Part shown: piece after piece, positions 36,588-51,000 of the stretch
Layout of the letters: each line of letters starts with the position of its first letter
How positions within the stretch are numbered: position 1 is the first letter of the stretch
Assembly (NCBI GenBank): GCA_965235115.1
Contig: OZ249436.1
Span: forward strand, 59,954,001-60,018,000
Reading direction: 5' to 3'
DNA: 64,000 bases
From: Laetmonice hystrix
Taxonomy: Eukaryota
Notes under the pieces: model-generated
Seen by the model: the letters and a program-made list of their open reading frames with translations, nothing else
Told to the model about the DNA's origin: nothing
Databases searched by the model: none
Position numbers and translations under genes: made by a program

Positions 36588-37733
36588 GTAAGTATCTGGT
36601 TCATTCACACCCATTATCACACCCTCAATCAGTATGCCTATATTTCTTTTGAAGAAAATGAATTAAGATTGATGTGATGCTCTTGAAATGCACAGGCTGC
36701 ATATAGGGTGGGCATACAAAAAATTGTCGAACTTTGACGTTAAATTATTTCAAAAACCTTAGTCGCAGGCTTCTGAGAAGTTACATGAGTAAGTTTACAC
36801 CTTGATACATCTGTTGAAATTTCCAAGATGATATCTCAAATATTCTTTACATAAGACCAAAATTGAAAGTGTGTCCAATTGACCATCTGTTCAAGTAAAA
36901 CCAGGTAGCACGTTATCAAACCTAAGTCTGGAACAGCAATTTTTGACACACAGTTTTAATTGTTGTCTCATGTAAGGAATATTTGAGATATCAACCTGAA
37001 GATTTCACAAGATATTAAGAACATGATCGGGGTGTTTACTCCGACATATACCCCGGTATATGTAAAATAAGGTTGTACCGCTTAGATCAATACTAGTCTG
37101 TCATAGTCGGGTGTATACGTCTGATCGGACCAGATGGAGAAAAGCACGTTATCATGTACATGTACAGTCGACTATTGATAGACACCACGTCAGTTGAACA
37201 AACGCCTAATAGACTCGCCATCAATTGGGAATATATAGATCTGATGCCAAGGATTAAGTGTCGCATATTTTTGTTCACTCTTTAATTGTTAACTTAAATA
37301 AGATAGTCCCACGCCCCAACAAGAAATTGAATGAAGCTGCTGTGAAAGAATTGAACAGAACATTATCTACAGGAGCTATCATTTTATCTATGAGATTTCC
37401 TGGGTTTCAGGCAATGTACCTGGGTAATTGTGAGGTATTTCTAAGGTAAGGAGCATCATAGTGTGGTTGTGAGGGCACGTACAGACGGAAGCGTGCCCTT
37501 TAGGCGGTTTCTGTTTGGGACGGTAAAGTATTGTACTTGTAGGTGTATGTAATAGAGACGCAGACGGGGGCGATGTGTGATTTGATTGCCGTTGAAGTCC
37601 TTGATTTGGCCCAGTTCTACCCACTGGATATGCCGGAGGCATCCCAAATACAACAATTCACTTTTAAAGGGAAAAGAAATGAGGGGCGCCATTGTGTCAT
37701 TGTAGATACTGCTAGAGGTTATGGATATGGCCG

Positions 37734-38201
37734 CAGGGGCGGATCCAGCTTTTTCCGTTAGGGTGGGTTCAACGTGTTTAGGGGTAACACAGACCTGACT
37801 GTACGAGCGCCGAAGGCGCAAAGTCGCGAAGGCGCAAAGTCGCGAAGGCGCGAAGCCTTCCTAGGGGTGTCCGGGGGCATCCCCCCCGGAAAATTTTGAA
37901 ATTCAAGGTGTAATTTGTTGCAATCCGATGCATTGTGGAGCACAAAATAAGCTATTCAATGACCAATGTGACCAAAGGCAAAAGGGCCTCCTCAAGTCCA
38001 ACAGCATGTTTGGCTATAGCATGAAATTATCCCGAGCGTAGCGAGGCAAAACAATTTTTTATGTGGTTTTTATCTTGCGACTGAAAGAAAAAAAACTTCT
38101 AAATTATAATGTTAAGTTAAAATGTGTGTATCTGCAAAATTTTAGGGGGGGGGGGGTTCGAACCCCCTGAACCCCCCCCCCCCCCCCCGGATCCGCCAGT
38201 G
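37734..38201. mobile_element. Non-autonomous DNA transposon (MITE-like) with GGCGGATCC ends
   Basis: Left end CAGGGGCGGATCC and right end GGATCCGCCAGTG share an inverted GGCGGATCC core. It contains internal short repeats (gaaggcgcaaagtcgc) and G/C runs. No exact TSD, so it may be composite. Confidence 0.55.
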
Positions 38202-41200
38202 GGCCACAGATTCAAATAAAACCATTCCTCTTGGGGACAAAAAGAGAAAATCAGTGTTAGAAATTTATAGGTATGCCACTGGTATTTTTTCCTCCGATGG
38301 GCTCTCTTTGTGTTTAAACAATGAAGGGCTCGGTCGGTCGTTGGATTGGCAGCGGCGATCAGCAGAAAATTGCACCGAGACATTGATCCCTGCTTGCCCC
38401 CGATCTCTTACCAATGTCTTTCAAGTGCCCTATACCGTTTTCCATCTAGATGCATGAGATCGGCTCAGGCTTGCTTAGCATTGAGGGTGCAGGCGACTGG
38501 ATAAGCTGCCATCCTTTTGCATTATGCAGCAGACAGGGAGATATTGATATTAGATCATGCTTGTCAAAGACATGTACTATAATACAGTCTTGGGATTCTC
38601 AGCAAAGGTCTGCAAGCCCGGAGGATGATTTCTCACTTCTATACGGAGACAGGAAGGACTATCAGAGGCAGATTCGACCAGGGTGGTGATTTATCGGTCC
38701 AAAGGAGATTCGAGGGAATCAGGATAAACTGATAAGAGGCATTTCAAGCTAGGTGATAGAATGATAACAAATGATAAAAATATATGGCCTGGGTACATAT
38801 ATGTTCATTTTATTTTTCTTGTTATCTAGCTGACAGCTTTGGATTAAGAATGATATTACCGTAATGAATTGTGGTTTTGTAAAGAAGGCTGGCAGTTATT
38901 GAATACCTTATGGAATGTCGTGTTTTCCTCAGAGGTCGGGAAATCTGCCGATCAAAGAGTTAATTGGGAATAAAATTAAGCTCCAGATTTTATACGAACG
39001 CTGAAGAATCTAATTTAGAAAAGTGAAAGGCAAAGCTCTGTCATGAACCTTAGTATCTCCATTTTAATCGGGCAAACATGGAAAAGTCAGATACTATTAA
39101 AAATGTATAAGGTTTGTTTTTGGTACAAGATAATCTATTTTTGGTGAATGTGAGACATGGTATTATTGACCTGGACGAGTCACCAAAATTCATTCTTATT
39201 ATGCTATTTGACATAAAAACAAAAAAGCTATGGAACACATTTTATTCCCCTTGAAATGAAACATCTACTGCAATGAAAGGTGATTTTAAAGATATCAAAC
39301 AATTCTACTTTTAAGTGCCTACCCCATTAACATTGTTTTAAGTAATTTAATTTAATGTAATTCATGTCCCGATTGAATAAGTAAAACTGTATTTGGATCT
39401 GCCCATATGTAATGTAACCGAGTGTATGATTCGCGATGAAGGTCATACTACTCGCCTGAAAAAGGTCGTCGGTGTTGAATGCCAGACTGTTTGCAGCGCC
39501 ATCTGGTGTCTCTGTTCATCTTCATTACCCCAGTCACCTGCCAGTCATCAGTCCAGAAACCCAGCCTCGGTACCCGACCTCCGCCTCGGCCGTCAGATGT
39601 TCAAACAGTGGCCAGGAGGTGGTCCAGTGTCAGGCAGGGCGTGGGTACACAGACATGAGAGGTTCTGCTTATAGCTGGTTCCCTAGTGGGATTTTTGTTC
39701 AGGTTTTCAAACATGTGCAATCTTGTTGTTTTTCTCATGGTTAGATGCCCCAATCAAAGCTTACAGAAGTATACACATTTTAGAGAAAACTGGGGGTTTA
39801 TTGGTGACATAAATAAGGTACATTTTGAGTACATGATATATTTCCCTTTTCTCCACCCATCACCTTTTCTCCTCCCAGCCACACCGTGTTGTAACTTGTA
39901 TGTTACTATCAGTATCTTCGTCTCCTAACGTCCTTGCCGGCATGCAGGCCAGCAGTCCATCTTTAGCCGGCGAGGTTCCAATTGCAGACAGCTGCAATCG
40001 GCAAACAACTAATCAGTGCAAAGCCAACAACGGCCTCCTGACTACAACAGGGCAGCGTGAATATCTGACATGTGGGAGTTGATGGAGGAAATTAAAGATA
40101 TCAAGCTTTGACCCAAGGTTAAGTGGAAGTGCACACTGTGTAAAATTACGACCATTTTTGTCGTTTGATGGAAAAGGTTTGTTTGGCATCATGTCGCTGA
40201 GGTATGCGTATAGTTTATATTTGTCATGGAAAGAAAGAATCCAGTTTCTTTGTCGCCTTTTTATGGGTTAGTCAATGGAGGTAGACTTCAAAGAACAACA
40301 CATATGTCCTTATACTCACTTATTTCTAAGTATAATTGGTATGAGATTTTGTGAAACTCTTACTAGGTATAATCAGAGTATTTAATGACTTCTTGGTCTT
40401 AGAAGCTTCTGTCGGGTGTATCCTTTTGTTAGTTCGAATAATATATATGCAGAGAGGGCTGAATTTCACATGAAACTTGAAGTTCCTTCGCTTTTAACTG
40501 TACAAAATTTATATGAAACATTAACACCTGGCATTTAGTTTCAAATTCACGGTACACCTCCTCTAGGTGTAAAACGTCGGTTGTTGTATTTTTAAGGATA
40601 CTGCTGCCTTTATTTACGGTAGAAAGAATACCCTACCCATAACGCCTCATGTGGCCCGTAAGTGAATGTGAATGAATCTTTTAGTATGTGTAATTTTATT
40701 GCTCAACTGCCTTCATGACAGCCCAGGCTTCCAAATATTGCCCATAGGCCAACATGGCTTAAAACATTAATGGCATGCCATTATCGTCAGCAATTAATGT
40801 ACAAGCTCTGGAGGCAGAAGATGACAGAGCTGCAGTCCAGCTGTTGGGACTGCTTCATGCAGGACGAGGTGTAGGAATCCATTCTATGTTTGGAGGCGCG
40901 GACCTTCATTACGTTTCCTGAACACGTTAACTTTTCATATCATTGTGAAATATCCTAATTGTGATGGATCACTATGCTTGGCTGACAAGAGAATTTCTGT
41001 TTGATGTGAGTGGGTTTTTTTTAAACTAAATATACTTGCAGTTGAAATACACTCAAAATAGGACAAAACGTGTCCGTAGTGTTGTCCAAAGATGTATCAA
41101 CCAACGGAAGCACCGAATTACTGCATTCAATTTAAATCTGAAGACTTTTAACCCACACGTTATTGATAAAATAGATTAATAGAAGGTGTGAACAAAATTA

Positions 41201-42680
41201 GTGTAGAAAGGATTAATTGTTATTTGATATCGATGTAAAACCCCCAAATGCGAAGAAAAACGACTTTCCCTAAGTCCACAGTTGCGAAGATGTTCATATT
41301 TATCGTCCAATTACCGTCAGTAGACAGAATAGTACTCGGGGTATAATAGAACATCCATCAATACTGTGGATCATTGACTACAGCTACTGGTAGTCCGCCA
41401 GGATTATTAAGCGTGCAATATACATAATTGATGACCAGGTATATTTGATGAATTTAGTTGCGGACATAAGAGTGATCGAAGCAAACGGCGAACCAGCACT
41501 GGATGGAATAGGTCTTTAAACAAATAGAGATATCGACCCTGAGACAAAAACGAAACACTTCATTTTGTGGTCAGGCGGATGTAGACGGCCAAAAACGTGA
41601 GCGAGAATAAAGCATATGTGTCAAGGGACGGGCGTGATTTATATTGTTGTTGGATAAGAAGGTCAGCAACTGATAAATAGGAGCCGCCCTGAACAGCCTG
41701 CTGATTGGACAGGGAGACCCAGGTCAAACCATAAATCTTGATCCCAGTCCGTCTTGGCAGCAGTATTAGAGCCAGCAGTCAACCAAGCAATGCTTTATAC
41801 ATTATATACTCATTAAACATGCTCCCCGACGTGATCATGTCTGCCCCATGTGTGGTCTGAGAGCATTGCCCTTTGCCAACCTCATCCTTTGTCTCTGGGG
41901 AAGCCTGACCACGCCAGAACGTTATTGTCGGCCCCTGGACAGCTGCCACATAAGAAACCGTGCGAGCTCCCCGATCTCCTCCAGTGGGTGTCTCCTGTCG
42001 ATGGAACCTGAAGCTTTATGTATGCGCCATTAGGGCCCGGCCTGCCGGTCGCTCGGCTAATCAACACCGCCCCAACGACGTCTCGGAAAGGAATATGGTC
42101 AAACTGGCGAGTTTTGTTGAACGCAGTCCTCGGAGACTAAAAGACTTCGGAAGGTCTGCCGGAGGCGTGGCGGGGAGGGTCCCAGAGGCCCCAGGCGGAC
42201 TTGAGGCTCAGTGGGGAGGGAGAGAGTGAAGAGAGAAACAGGAGAAGAAAAGACGGTAATTTACAGTAATATCATCATCGGAAAATCAGAATAAAAGCTT
42301 ATAGGTACTTTCCCAAACACATTTGCTATCAGATTGTATAGAACTGAAGGACATACCCGCCTAGAAACTGATAAACCTTCGTATGTGTTGATATTACATG
42401 CATATCAGAACTCCCGGCAAATGAAGTAGCCCTGCTTCGGTCCCATAATTTTCGAAATTAAAGTTGTACGGTGACTTATGAATATTTGATGTAATGCTGT
42501 GCCTAGATATCCCAGGCGGGATATTCTTTTATTCACATAGATTGTATCAGCCCTTTAGCATCAATTATAATCGGCGTCGACTGTTATGCCTAGATAGGCC
42601 TACCGTCAATTTTCAAAAGGGTATTTTGTATGAACTGATGCATACGTACACCTCGGATTGAAAGAGGTCAGTCTGTTTTT

Positions 42681-42811
42681 AATGATACCAATACGAAATG
42701 ATACCAATATGAAATGATACCAATACGAAATGATACCAATACGAAATGATACCAATATGAAATGATACCAATACGAAATGATACCAATATGAAATGATAC
42801 CAATACGAAAT
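42681..42811. repeat. 16-bp minisatellite, 8 copies
   Basis: Unit AATGATACCAATA(C/T)GA, variant order C,T,C,C,T,C,T,C. Confidence 0.97.
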
Positions 42812-42827
42812 CAGAATTGCAAGGAGA

Positions 42828-43074
42828 CATGGAGAGTGTTTCATAAACCAGTGTAGTTGGTGGGGCGATGCTGTCGTATTTCATACATTTACGATAGTGA
42901 CGATCGGAACAACTACCGATGGGGTTCCTGTAGTTGCCTGTTTCATAAAAGAAAAAAGGACGATTACCTACGAAAAACGGACGACAATTTCTATGAAACG
43001 AAATTTACAACAGATCGGGCGACGATCGTCCCGCCATGGTCGTCAACGTCACCGGTTTATGAAACACTCCCATG
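42828..43074. mobile_element. 247-bp MITE-like element with about 25-bp inverted ends beginning CATG
   Basis: 42828-42853 is catggagagtgtttcataaaccagtg. The reverse complement of 43050-43074 is catgggagtgtttcataaaccggtg. Confidence 0.6.
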
Positions 43075-46000
43075 GTGAATAATGTTTTATCCATTTCACA
43101 TTATTCCTGCAACATTCGTAAATTGAAATCAAGAATGTACAAACAGAACTGACGTTTAATAAGCTTGGGACGCTCCTTAAAGTGATGGCTGGTCATTGAT
43201 GTTGGAAACAGCTGGTTTGTCGATGAACGTGTCGCCTTCTGACCGGTTACTGGACCTGGCGTTAGAAAACGGGCCGCCGTATATTGGTGATACAAGTTTG
43301 GCCATAGATCCTGCCCATGCATTCATTACAGCAAGTAGTATACGGGAACAAAAATACATGGTTGTTGCAACAACATCACTCAGTATTGACTGTTCTGGAA
43401 ATAGTACCTAAACTGTAACAGAATATAGCACGACACGGCGAAATTCAGGATTCCTGATCTAGGTCTTTTTGAGCGATTCTCTGCCTCGGTAGGGGAGCTC
43501 ACAATGCCCCGGGCTTGGACCACCTGTGGGGGTGCTAGGGGACTCTGCAGGAGAGGGCACCTAAATGGGAAATCTTCGATGGTGAGATCACTTTCCGTTC
43601 GTGGTTGCTAAAGATTGTTCGTTTGAAAGGAAAGACTTCAGAATGAAGGGGGTAATGATGTAAAGTAGCTTTTTACAATCCTTCAATATTTCAGGCTTGA
43701 GGGTTGAGTCTGAAGAAAAGATTTTATTAAGAAGATCATAATTCTGAATTTAGCAAGGAATGATTACGCCAGTAGACGAGTTGGTTAATTCCATGAGTAA
43801 ATCGTCTTTGGGACGTCTTCGGTTCCCAGAAAAAATTGTTGATGCTCAATAATGTGGTTTTAGTAGATCAGTGCTGTTGGTCTTATCTTCTCAAAGGGAA
43901 AGAGCCTGACTGTTTAACTACCGTACTTCTCTGATAAAGTGTCAGATGAATTGGCGTCAGCTAACTTTCAGTTCTTTGATTCAACATGTACCTATTCATA
44001 GATTGCGGGCGTGTATAGGACCAAACTGTAGGTAAGCATTTTCAGTTGCTAGGCTGATATTTAATCATTACCGTGTTACAACTAAAAGGAAGTCAATGGT
44101 AATTCTGAATAACAATGCATTTCCCATTGAATCCCTTGAAGGACTTCTTCCTGATCAAAGCCTCTGAGGGTGATGCCATATTTTATGCAGGAAGCAGCCT
44201 TGCCCAGATGTCGCCATAGATCTCACCTGATGGCACCATAACCAGATTCAGGCACAAGGCTTACGACCCTCAGAGCTTCCCAAGGCCTACCCTGCTCACA
44301 TACAATAGCCAGTAGACCTTGTCAAGAAGCATGTGTGCCCTCGCGGGGAAAGGCCGCGCTGGCAGTCTGGTGGTCAGCCTGGCTGACCTGACCGAGCCTG
44401 TGCGTGTTAATATAGACCCTGGCTGGAGTTAGACTGTGAGCCGTGAACGGCCTGCCGCCGCCGTTCTGTTCAGTGGTGAGCCCTGCTCGTCCCTTCCCCG
44501 ACCACGACGACGGCAGCCTCGCCTTATCAGGCGGTCACCGATGGCCCTGATGACATTCGTCGCTCGAGTCTCACTCACTGACTGATACTGATGCCACAGC
44601 GAAGCCAACCTTGCCGCCACAAACCACGACAGACTCTATCCCGTCCGCCCTCTGAGCCACAGTACCAGAGGAGCTCAGCACTCTTCCTATGATTCGGTCT
44701 TTTCTCGTCCGACCTTTTCGAATAATCCCATACTTCCGAATAGTTCCCGTTTTGATGGCAGTTTACTAACTAACCATCCTTAACTCTTCCTTGGGTATTG
44801 CTTTCCCACGAAAGACCTTTGATTAAAAAACACGAATTAAAGAAATGAGTTGTTTCATCGTTAACAAAACAGAGGTGGTTGCAGTAGCTTATCGTGAGCT
44901 TAACAGATTTTCCAACATGAAGTTGTAATTCAATACTGGCTTGGTGAAGTCCTAGCAGAGGGGAGACACGCTCATGCTAGGGTATGTACCTACTAGTGTT
45001 AGAACACCATCAGTGAGGAAAGATCACTTAGCCTTGAAGCACTTCTACATGATGTGTTTGGACTACGCAGTGCTAGGCACGAACATATTTTAGTAGCACC
45101 CAAGTTATATATTGCTGTCTGACATGCCAACGTGCACAGGCACAACAACTGGCATAGATCAAAATATTGGTCCACAGTATTAGCTGCGATTCTGACTGGG
45201 ATATTGTAATACAAGCCCATTCTTAGTGAAGATTAATTTGATTAATATACAAATGAGATTCTCTCAATAGTAATCAATTATACGCATGTATGCGATAAAT
45301 GGGTTTGCAGTGGGTTTGTTTTCTTTCTAGTTTAATTTGGTCAGTGATTTCAGGCAATTGAAGATATCGTCTTCCCATTTCATAAGATTTATCATAGAAA
45401 CTCCAACTTTTACAAGTTCTCATATTCTTGAACAGAAAATAAATGCCTTGGGGTCATTTAATTAGATAGACGTGTTAATTATTGTTCTGAGACGATAAAA
45501 TTAGACGAATATATGGGTATAACAGGCTGTATTAAAGAAAGAGTAGCATTCTTGTCCATTTTACGCTGTGTGGGTGTACAGTATGCACTTCAATCTCAGT
45601 CTCAGTTCTTGGGTTGGCCATTCCCCCTGAATGGCCTGTAAAGCTCCTACAAATACTGCAAGTCCCGAGAGAGCCCATACCACTTTGCTCTGTAACCATT
45701 TCATGAATGTGTCAGGAGGTGCGGAGCCGGCCATGCCTTGCTACTCAGGACGCACACTTTGTGCCTCCAGGGAGAAATATCCATTACTAATACGTCACTG
45801 TAGGCAGTCATTGACGTGTCGGGGGTTGGCTTTATCCCGCTCTGATTGTCCTCTCGTTCTTTGTAACTGTGGCCAATAGTGCACATATATATTTCTGCGT
45901 GCACTGGTGAATTGTAGGGGGCAGGGATGGCTTGGACGCGGACTTTGAGAAGAATGTCAAGAGTTATGTTGGGGATTTCCAGCGGGTTGGGTGGACATAG

Positions 46001-46473
46001 GATCATGGTTGGAGTACTAGGAATGGTTCGCTGGTTTAGTGTGCAAGTTGACCTTCGACCCGGCTGCCCTGATCGGAGTCAATTTTCCCGCCATCGCCGG
46101 CCGAGTAATGCCTTTCTTTCTTGAACCCATTGAATTTGGTGGTCTGTAGCTCAGACAGCCCGGTCCCATCACCTGGAGGAGATAGATCCGGATGGTGACT
46201 CCAGTACTGAACCTCAGTCGTCCAGTCTCCTCCTGTGTCCATCGATCGGTATCCGGGATGGCGAATCGGTTTTCAATTCATCAGGGCCGAGCCTCGTGAA
46301 GCTTTCATTTCCCGGCCAGTGTTTCAGGCTATCTGTCCCGGACGGGAAGGGGGACTGTCCAGCAGGCGATAGGGTATATAATGGGGATTCCGTTAAAGGT
46401 TGCGGATATTGGGGGATGATGGAGGCGTGCAGTGGAGGAAGTGGACTGCGGGAAGATGAAAGGCACACTGAGT

Positions 46474-46513
46474 GTGGTGGTGGTGGTGGTGGTGGTGGTG
46501 ATGGTGGCGGCGG
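46474..46513. repeat. (GGT)n microsatellite
   Basis: About 9 GGT units followed by degenerate GAT/GGT/GGC units. It explains the poly-G and poly-P ORFs here. Confidence 0.9.
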
Positions 46514-48032
46514 TCTTGGCTGAAAAACTACTGCCTCGGGTTCATGCCCATGAGTAGGATACAAGAGCATGCAGTATTTTTTTATCGCCCAGGTCACATC
46601 GTACATCACTGATGAGTCTGTATTGCACCTGCGAATCTGTCTGAAGGTCATCCGTTAATAGTTGATTTACTTATTGCGCACCCAGTAACTTGACTGAATG
46701 AAGATAAATGCTGATGGGTTGAATGGACTCTGTTGTCTTTCCTCACACACAACGAACGTGGTCGTTCTATCTTCTGCTGTGTTGATTGCTGTGTATTACA
46801 CCTATAAATTGCCCAGGCAGACAGCGATTCGTTTGCCGCGTCAAGTTCTCAGCTGCCTATTCTGTAGACTACGGATACTCTGTCTACCTATTCTGCAGAT
46901 ATAGGAACGCAAACGTTTATATGAGATACACATGTACTTGTGAGAAAGAAAAGCGAAAACCCAACTCTATCAAATAGGGCCAGAGCAGAAAGCTTGATAT
47001 GTGGATATTGTTTTAAGTGTGTGATGGCAAAAGTATTTCAAGTTAAATATCTTTATCTTTAAAAACCTTGTGTATTCTGCAATTTTCATTCTTAGAAGCG
47101 TGCATAAATTGTCATACATGTTCTCGATTCATTGCATGTGTCGAGTTTGTAAAACATACAGATTGTGTTCCAATAGTTATTGTGAAAGGTTTTATAAAAG
47201 GATAAGTTGAGCGGGCGAATTCCATCTAAGATACTGTTCAGACATTCCTTCTTTGTCATTCACCATTGGGCCGTTTTTCATAACGTACATCAGACAGAAT
47301 AGGTAGACGATCAGGTGTGATTGGAATTCAATATTTCATTGATAACCTCACACCTGACGAATTCTTGAAGGTTTTAATCTGTTACCCACAGAATAAGTGT
47401 AACAGGTAATGATGAGTTTTTATTAACCGCCGTCGGAAACTGGTGGCCGTCGTTCAGTAAAGTGAGTGACAGGATGATGGATACTGTGTCATGGCCGAGC
47501 GGCCTTAATCCGCCGGGAAGTAGGGTATCGGGTAGGTACAGGGCCCCGCTTATTGAGAGCTGATGGCCAGGTCATCCATCGGGTGTCCCCGGCCGGTCGT
47601 GCTGGTGGGGCCGGCAGGGGAGGTCAGGCAGACGGGCGTGTGCTTGTCACGGTCACACCACTGGCCCCTTCACCTCCTGCCTCATATAACACTGCTCTCA
47701 ACCGTCCTTCATCATTCCCGAGTACATCTTACCTGAACTACGAACTGCTCGGTGATATTAGCCCTCAGGCTGGTCTTTTAACAAGTATAGAAGGGCAGAG
47801 TCTGCACACAGCAACTAGTAATCTTATACTTTTTCTGTGACTTATTAAAATAATGAATCTACAGTTTAAAAGGGGATTTCTGAGGGCGAACATGACAGGC
47901 GGTAATAAAGGGTCCACGTCCACCTTCTTTCGAAAGTCAGGTTTTGCATTGTTTGGACTCTTGAGGTGAAAAGTTTTAGTTTAGTTCCCAACTCCCAGCA
48001 ATAAATGTGGTTATTATTAAGGTATTTAACAA

Positions 48033-48085
48033 GGTGAGTTCAAGAAAGACCCAACTCATGGAGTTGGACCTTTCTTGAACTGACC
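48033..48085. repeat. 53-bp near-perfect palindrome
   Basis: ggtgagttcaagaaagacccaactc-atg-gagttggacctttcttgaactgacc. A decayed extra copy of the right arm lies at 48104-48133. Confidence 0.9.
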
Positions 48086-51000
48086 GTGTAGAAAATTTTG
48101 TTTCATGGAGTTGGACCCTTATTGGATTCACCGATTCAGTTAATTGTTTGTCCTTCTTCTCCTCCTCGTCTTCAATCTTCTACTTCCTTCTTCACCTGGG
48201 TGTTCCCGGTCGTGTTCTCTTTCTTGCGCGTATTCTTACTATTTGGGTTGATCGTTTAGAATTATTTCTGGTTAAAAAGCATGTGAAATAAAAAAACATG
48301 TTGACCTTATTGTCACTGGGTATCCGTGGCCTGACAGGTGTGTTGGCGTCATCACTGTGAGGTTAGTATCCTGGCGAATGCCCGTCAGCCTGCCAAGATA
48401 AACCAATTAACCTGGAAAAAGATCATGAAGATCGAGTGATGTGTGAGCTCGACTTGTCTAGGTAAAAGACCTTGAAAACATTATAATTTACCTGACAACG
48501 TGGAAATGGTTTACTCCTGTTCACTGCCAGAGTTGATTAGCAGGAGCAGCCATTAGTAGAAGGCTGATTACAATAACGGTTATGCTGGGAAGGTCAATTC
48601 TATCAGATGCAACAAATGTGAAGTGAGGTATTTTCCTGGAGTGATCAGGAGATGGAGCTAATTAGAATATGGATTTTCTGTTTCAAATAATGTTTTAAAC
48701 GAAATTGATTCACCAAAACAATTGAGAGCTTACGTCATTGTGAATTCAGATGTGTCGTTTGATTATCAAATAGCATCCTGTAGCACTGGCACAGGAGAGG
48801 AAATCTTCGACTCCTATAAAGATTGAGGTGGTGTGCCACTTTTAAAACAGTTAAGAGCAAACATTCGTAATGGGGAAAATGTCATGTTTGCCCAAATAAG
48901 CACCATCAAGATTGTAATGATCAAATGTCATAACCGCAAAAACCGAAATAGCTCCGTATCGCCATGACAGTCAGTTGCTGCACCGACCACATTTGCAAAT
49001 TAAAGATGTAAAGAACCTGGTGTCAAAGCCATGGAGCATGGTTATCAGATGTCAGGTACCGTAAAAACCAAATGGAATACTGCACCCAAAATTACACCGC
49101 AATTATTTAGTTAATAAGTCCGGACTTAGGGTAAGAAAAGAATGACAGTAGAAGACGTTTCATAATTGCTAAATATACGAGAAATACTTTAGATTTCCTG
49201 CGAATTGCACGCCGGAACCGCGACTAGATGGAGACAAAAACAATTCTTTTTCAAATTTGATGGGTCTACAGTCGAGTCGAGGCTCAATCTGAGGCGCAGA
49301 ATTCCCCCGCAGATCTCAGTTTTGAGACCCTTTACTGGCTTTAGCAAACACGGACCTTATAAACCATGCATATTGATTGCCATGCATGCAGGTCTGTAGG
49401 TGGTGGAAATAACAAAGTCCAGTCTACTTAGTTTATTTTCTTTGATAATGAGATGTTAAGCTACACAACTTCATCTTGCGGACGGTCGATTTTGAAAAAA
49501 AAAGGTTTTGAATAGTGACTACCAGACGTGCGGTTCAAGGGTGTGCTTATATTTCCATGTCAGAAAATGAATTTCCCGTTGAGTATGATATGGCTAGTAA
49601 CAGGTAAGCTAGTTAATGTTTTGTCAGTATGCTGACATTTAGATCATGGCTCAGGTCTTGCTATAGCTCAGCAACATTGGTCCCAGATCCGTGTCCTAAA
49701 ATTTAACTGAAATATAGATCTTAGGGATTTCATTAGGGGGTAATATATCCTAGGTGACATCGTAAATTTTGAAGCTTTAGGGCACCCTGTGATGTTATAT
49801 TATCTCTGACACATTTGTTGCCGAATGTTGGTTGATCATTTGGTGTGATAAATGACAAAGAAGCCTGGGGCCTTTCAATGCTGTGGTTGCAGATCTGTCT
49901 ACATTACGCACTAAGCGCCACTGTAAGGTCGTGTCGGTCGTAGAGTTCGCTTCATGTACATGTGGTCAACAGAAACAGCCATGTTGTGACCATAAAAAAC
50001 GCGTGACTTCTCAGGCAAACGTCGTCCAATATTTACGATACGGTCTAACGTAGGACACATTATGCAGGCTTTTGCAATGGTTGCAGTTTTCTTGGACCTA
50101 GCTGTTTCCGTTTTATGGCATTAGATACGTAATTTAAGTTCGGTCCGTAAACCGCCGCATACGATTGAGGAAAATATCAGTGAATTCAGTTGGCTAGCAT
50201 AATCAACTCTGCATCTTATGTGAATTAGGAATTCACCCCGGCAATATGTGTGTGATCTATAGACGGTGGGCAGAATTAATCCATCCCAACTGCACTGGCA
50301 TAAGATTTAGAGTCTTTTGTGAATGTTCCAATAAACGTAATTTATCTGAGTTTGCTGGACACTAATACGTCAGCAATATATGTGTGTCATTAACGTTTAA
50401 TACTCAATTTTAGTGCCTATGTTTCCAGTTTTCTTCCAGTTTCCTGTTTGTACTCCATGTACCGTGCCATATCTAAGATCTGGATATAAGAGACAGTCAT
50501 AATAACAACTGATAGCTTAATTCCGTCTGGGCCTGCATTATGTCCTATGCACAGGATAAATGTAATGACAGCAGCCCATTCGGTTCAATATAGTTTCTGT
50601 CGCCATTGAATTTGATGCGGACAGTAGATGGTACACCGTGTATTATTATGGCCCTGATCGTATGCGCTGCGGCAGGCTGGCCACTAAGGGGCTGTTCCCT
50701 GTGCCCAGGGCCATATTGCTCCATGCCAGTACGTCAACAGTGCCAGGGCTTCGGTCGTGGATGTGGCTATGGCTGGGAAGGTAATTTGGCGCGTCTGACG
50801 TGGTAGACTGGCGGGCCATGTCACCACCATTAAACTGAGCTACAATCAGCACGAACCTGGATTACAGCTCTGCTATGCTATACCAAACCAACCTTGTAGT
50901 TGTACGTCAAAATTATTAATACAGTCTGCTACTTCACAACTGTGCAGGGCGGTTTTACTCTCCACCGAACGTCCTATGTCTCCACTCTCGCCTATCGCAG

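Noticed and set aside
38593-38689. Frame containing PEDDF, like vertebrate AP1AR SGPEDDF
   Set aside because: It is in the wrong order in the protein (it should follow REAARAAK) and the phase is incompatible; coincidence.
38815-38835. tcttgttatctagctg resembling miR-9
   Set aside because: The seed and 3' end mismatch and there is no hairpin partner.
44250-44620. Possible Gypsy RNase H remnants (KA.LAVWW, PRL.R..AL)
   Set aside because: The pieces fall in different frames with poor spacing; not supportable.
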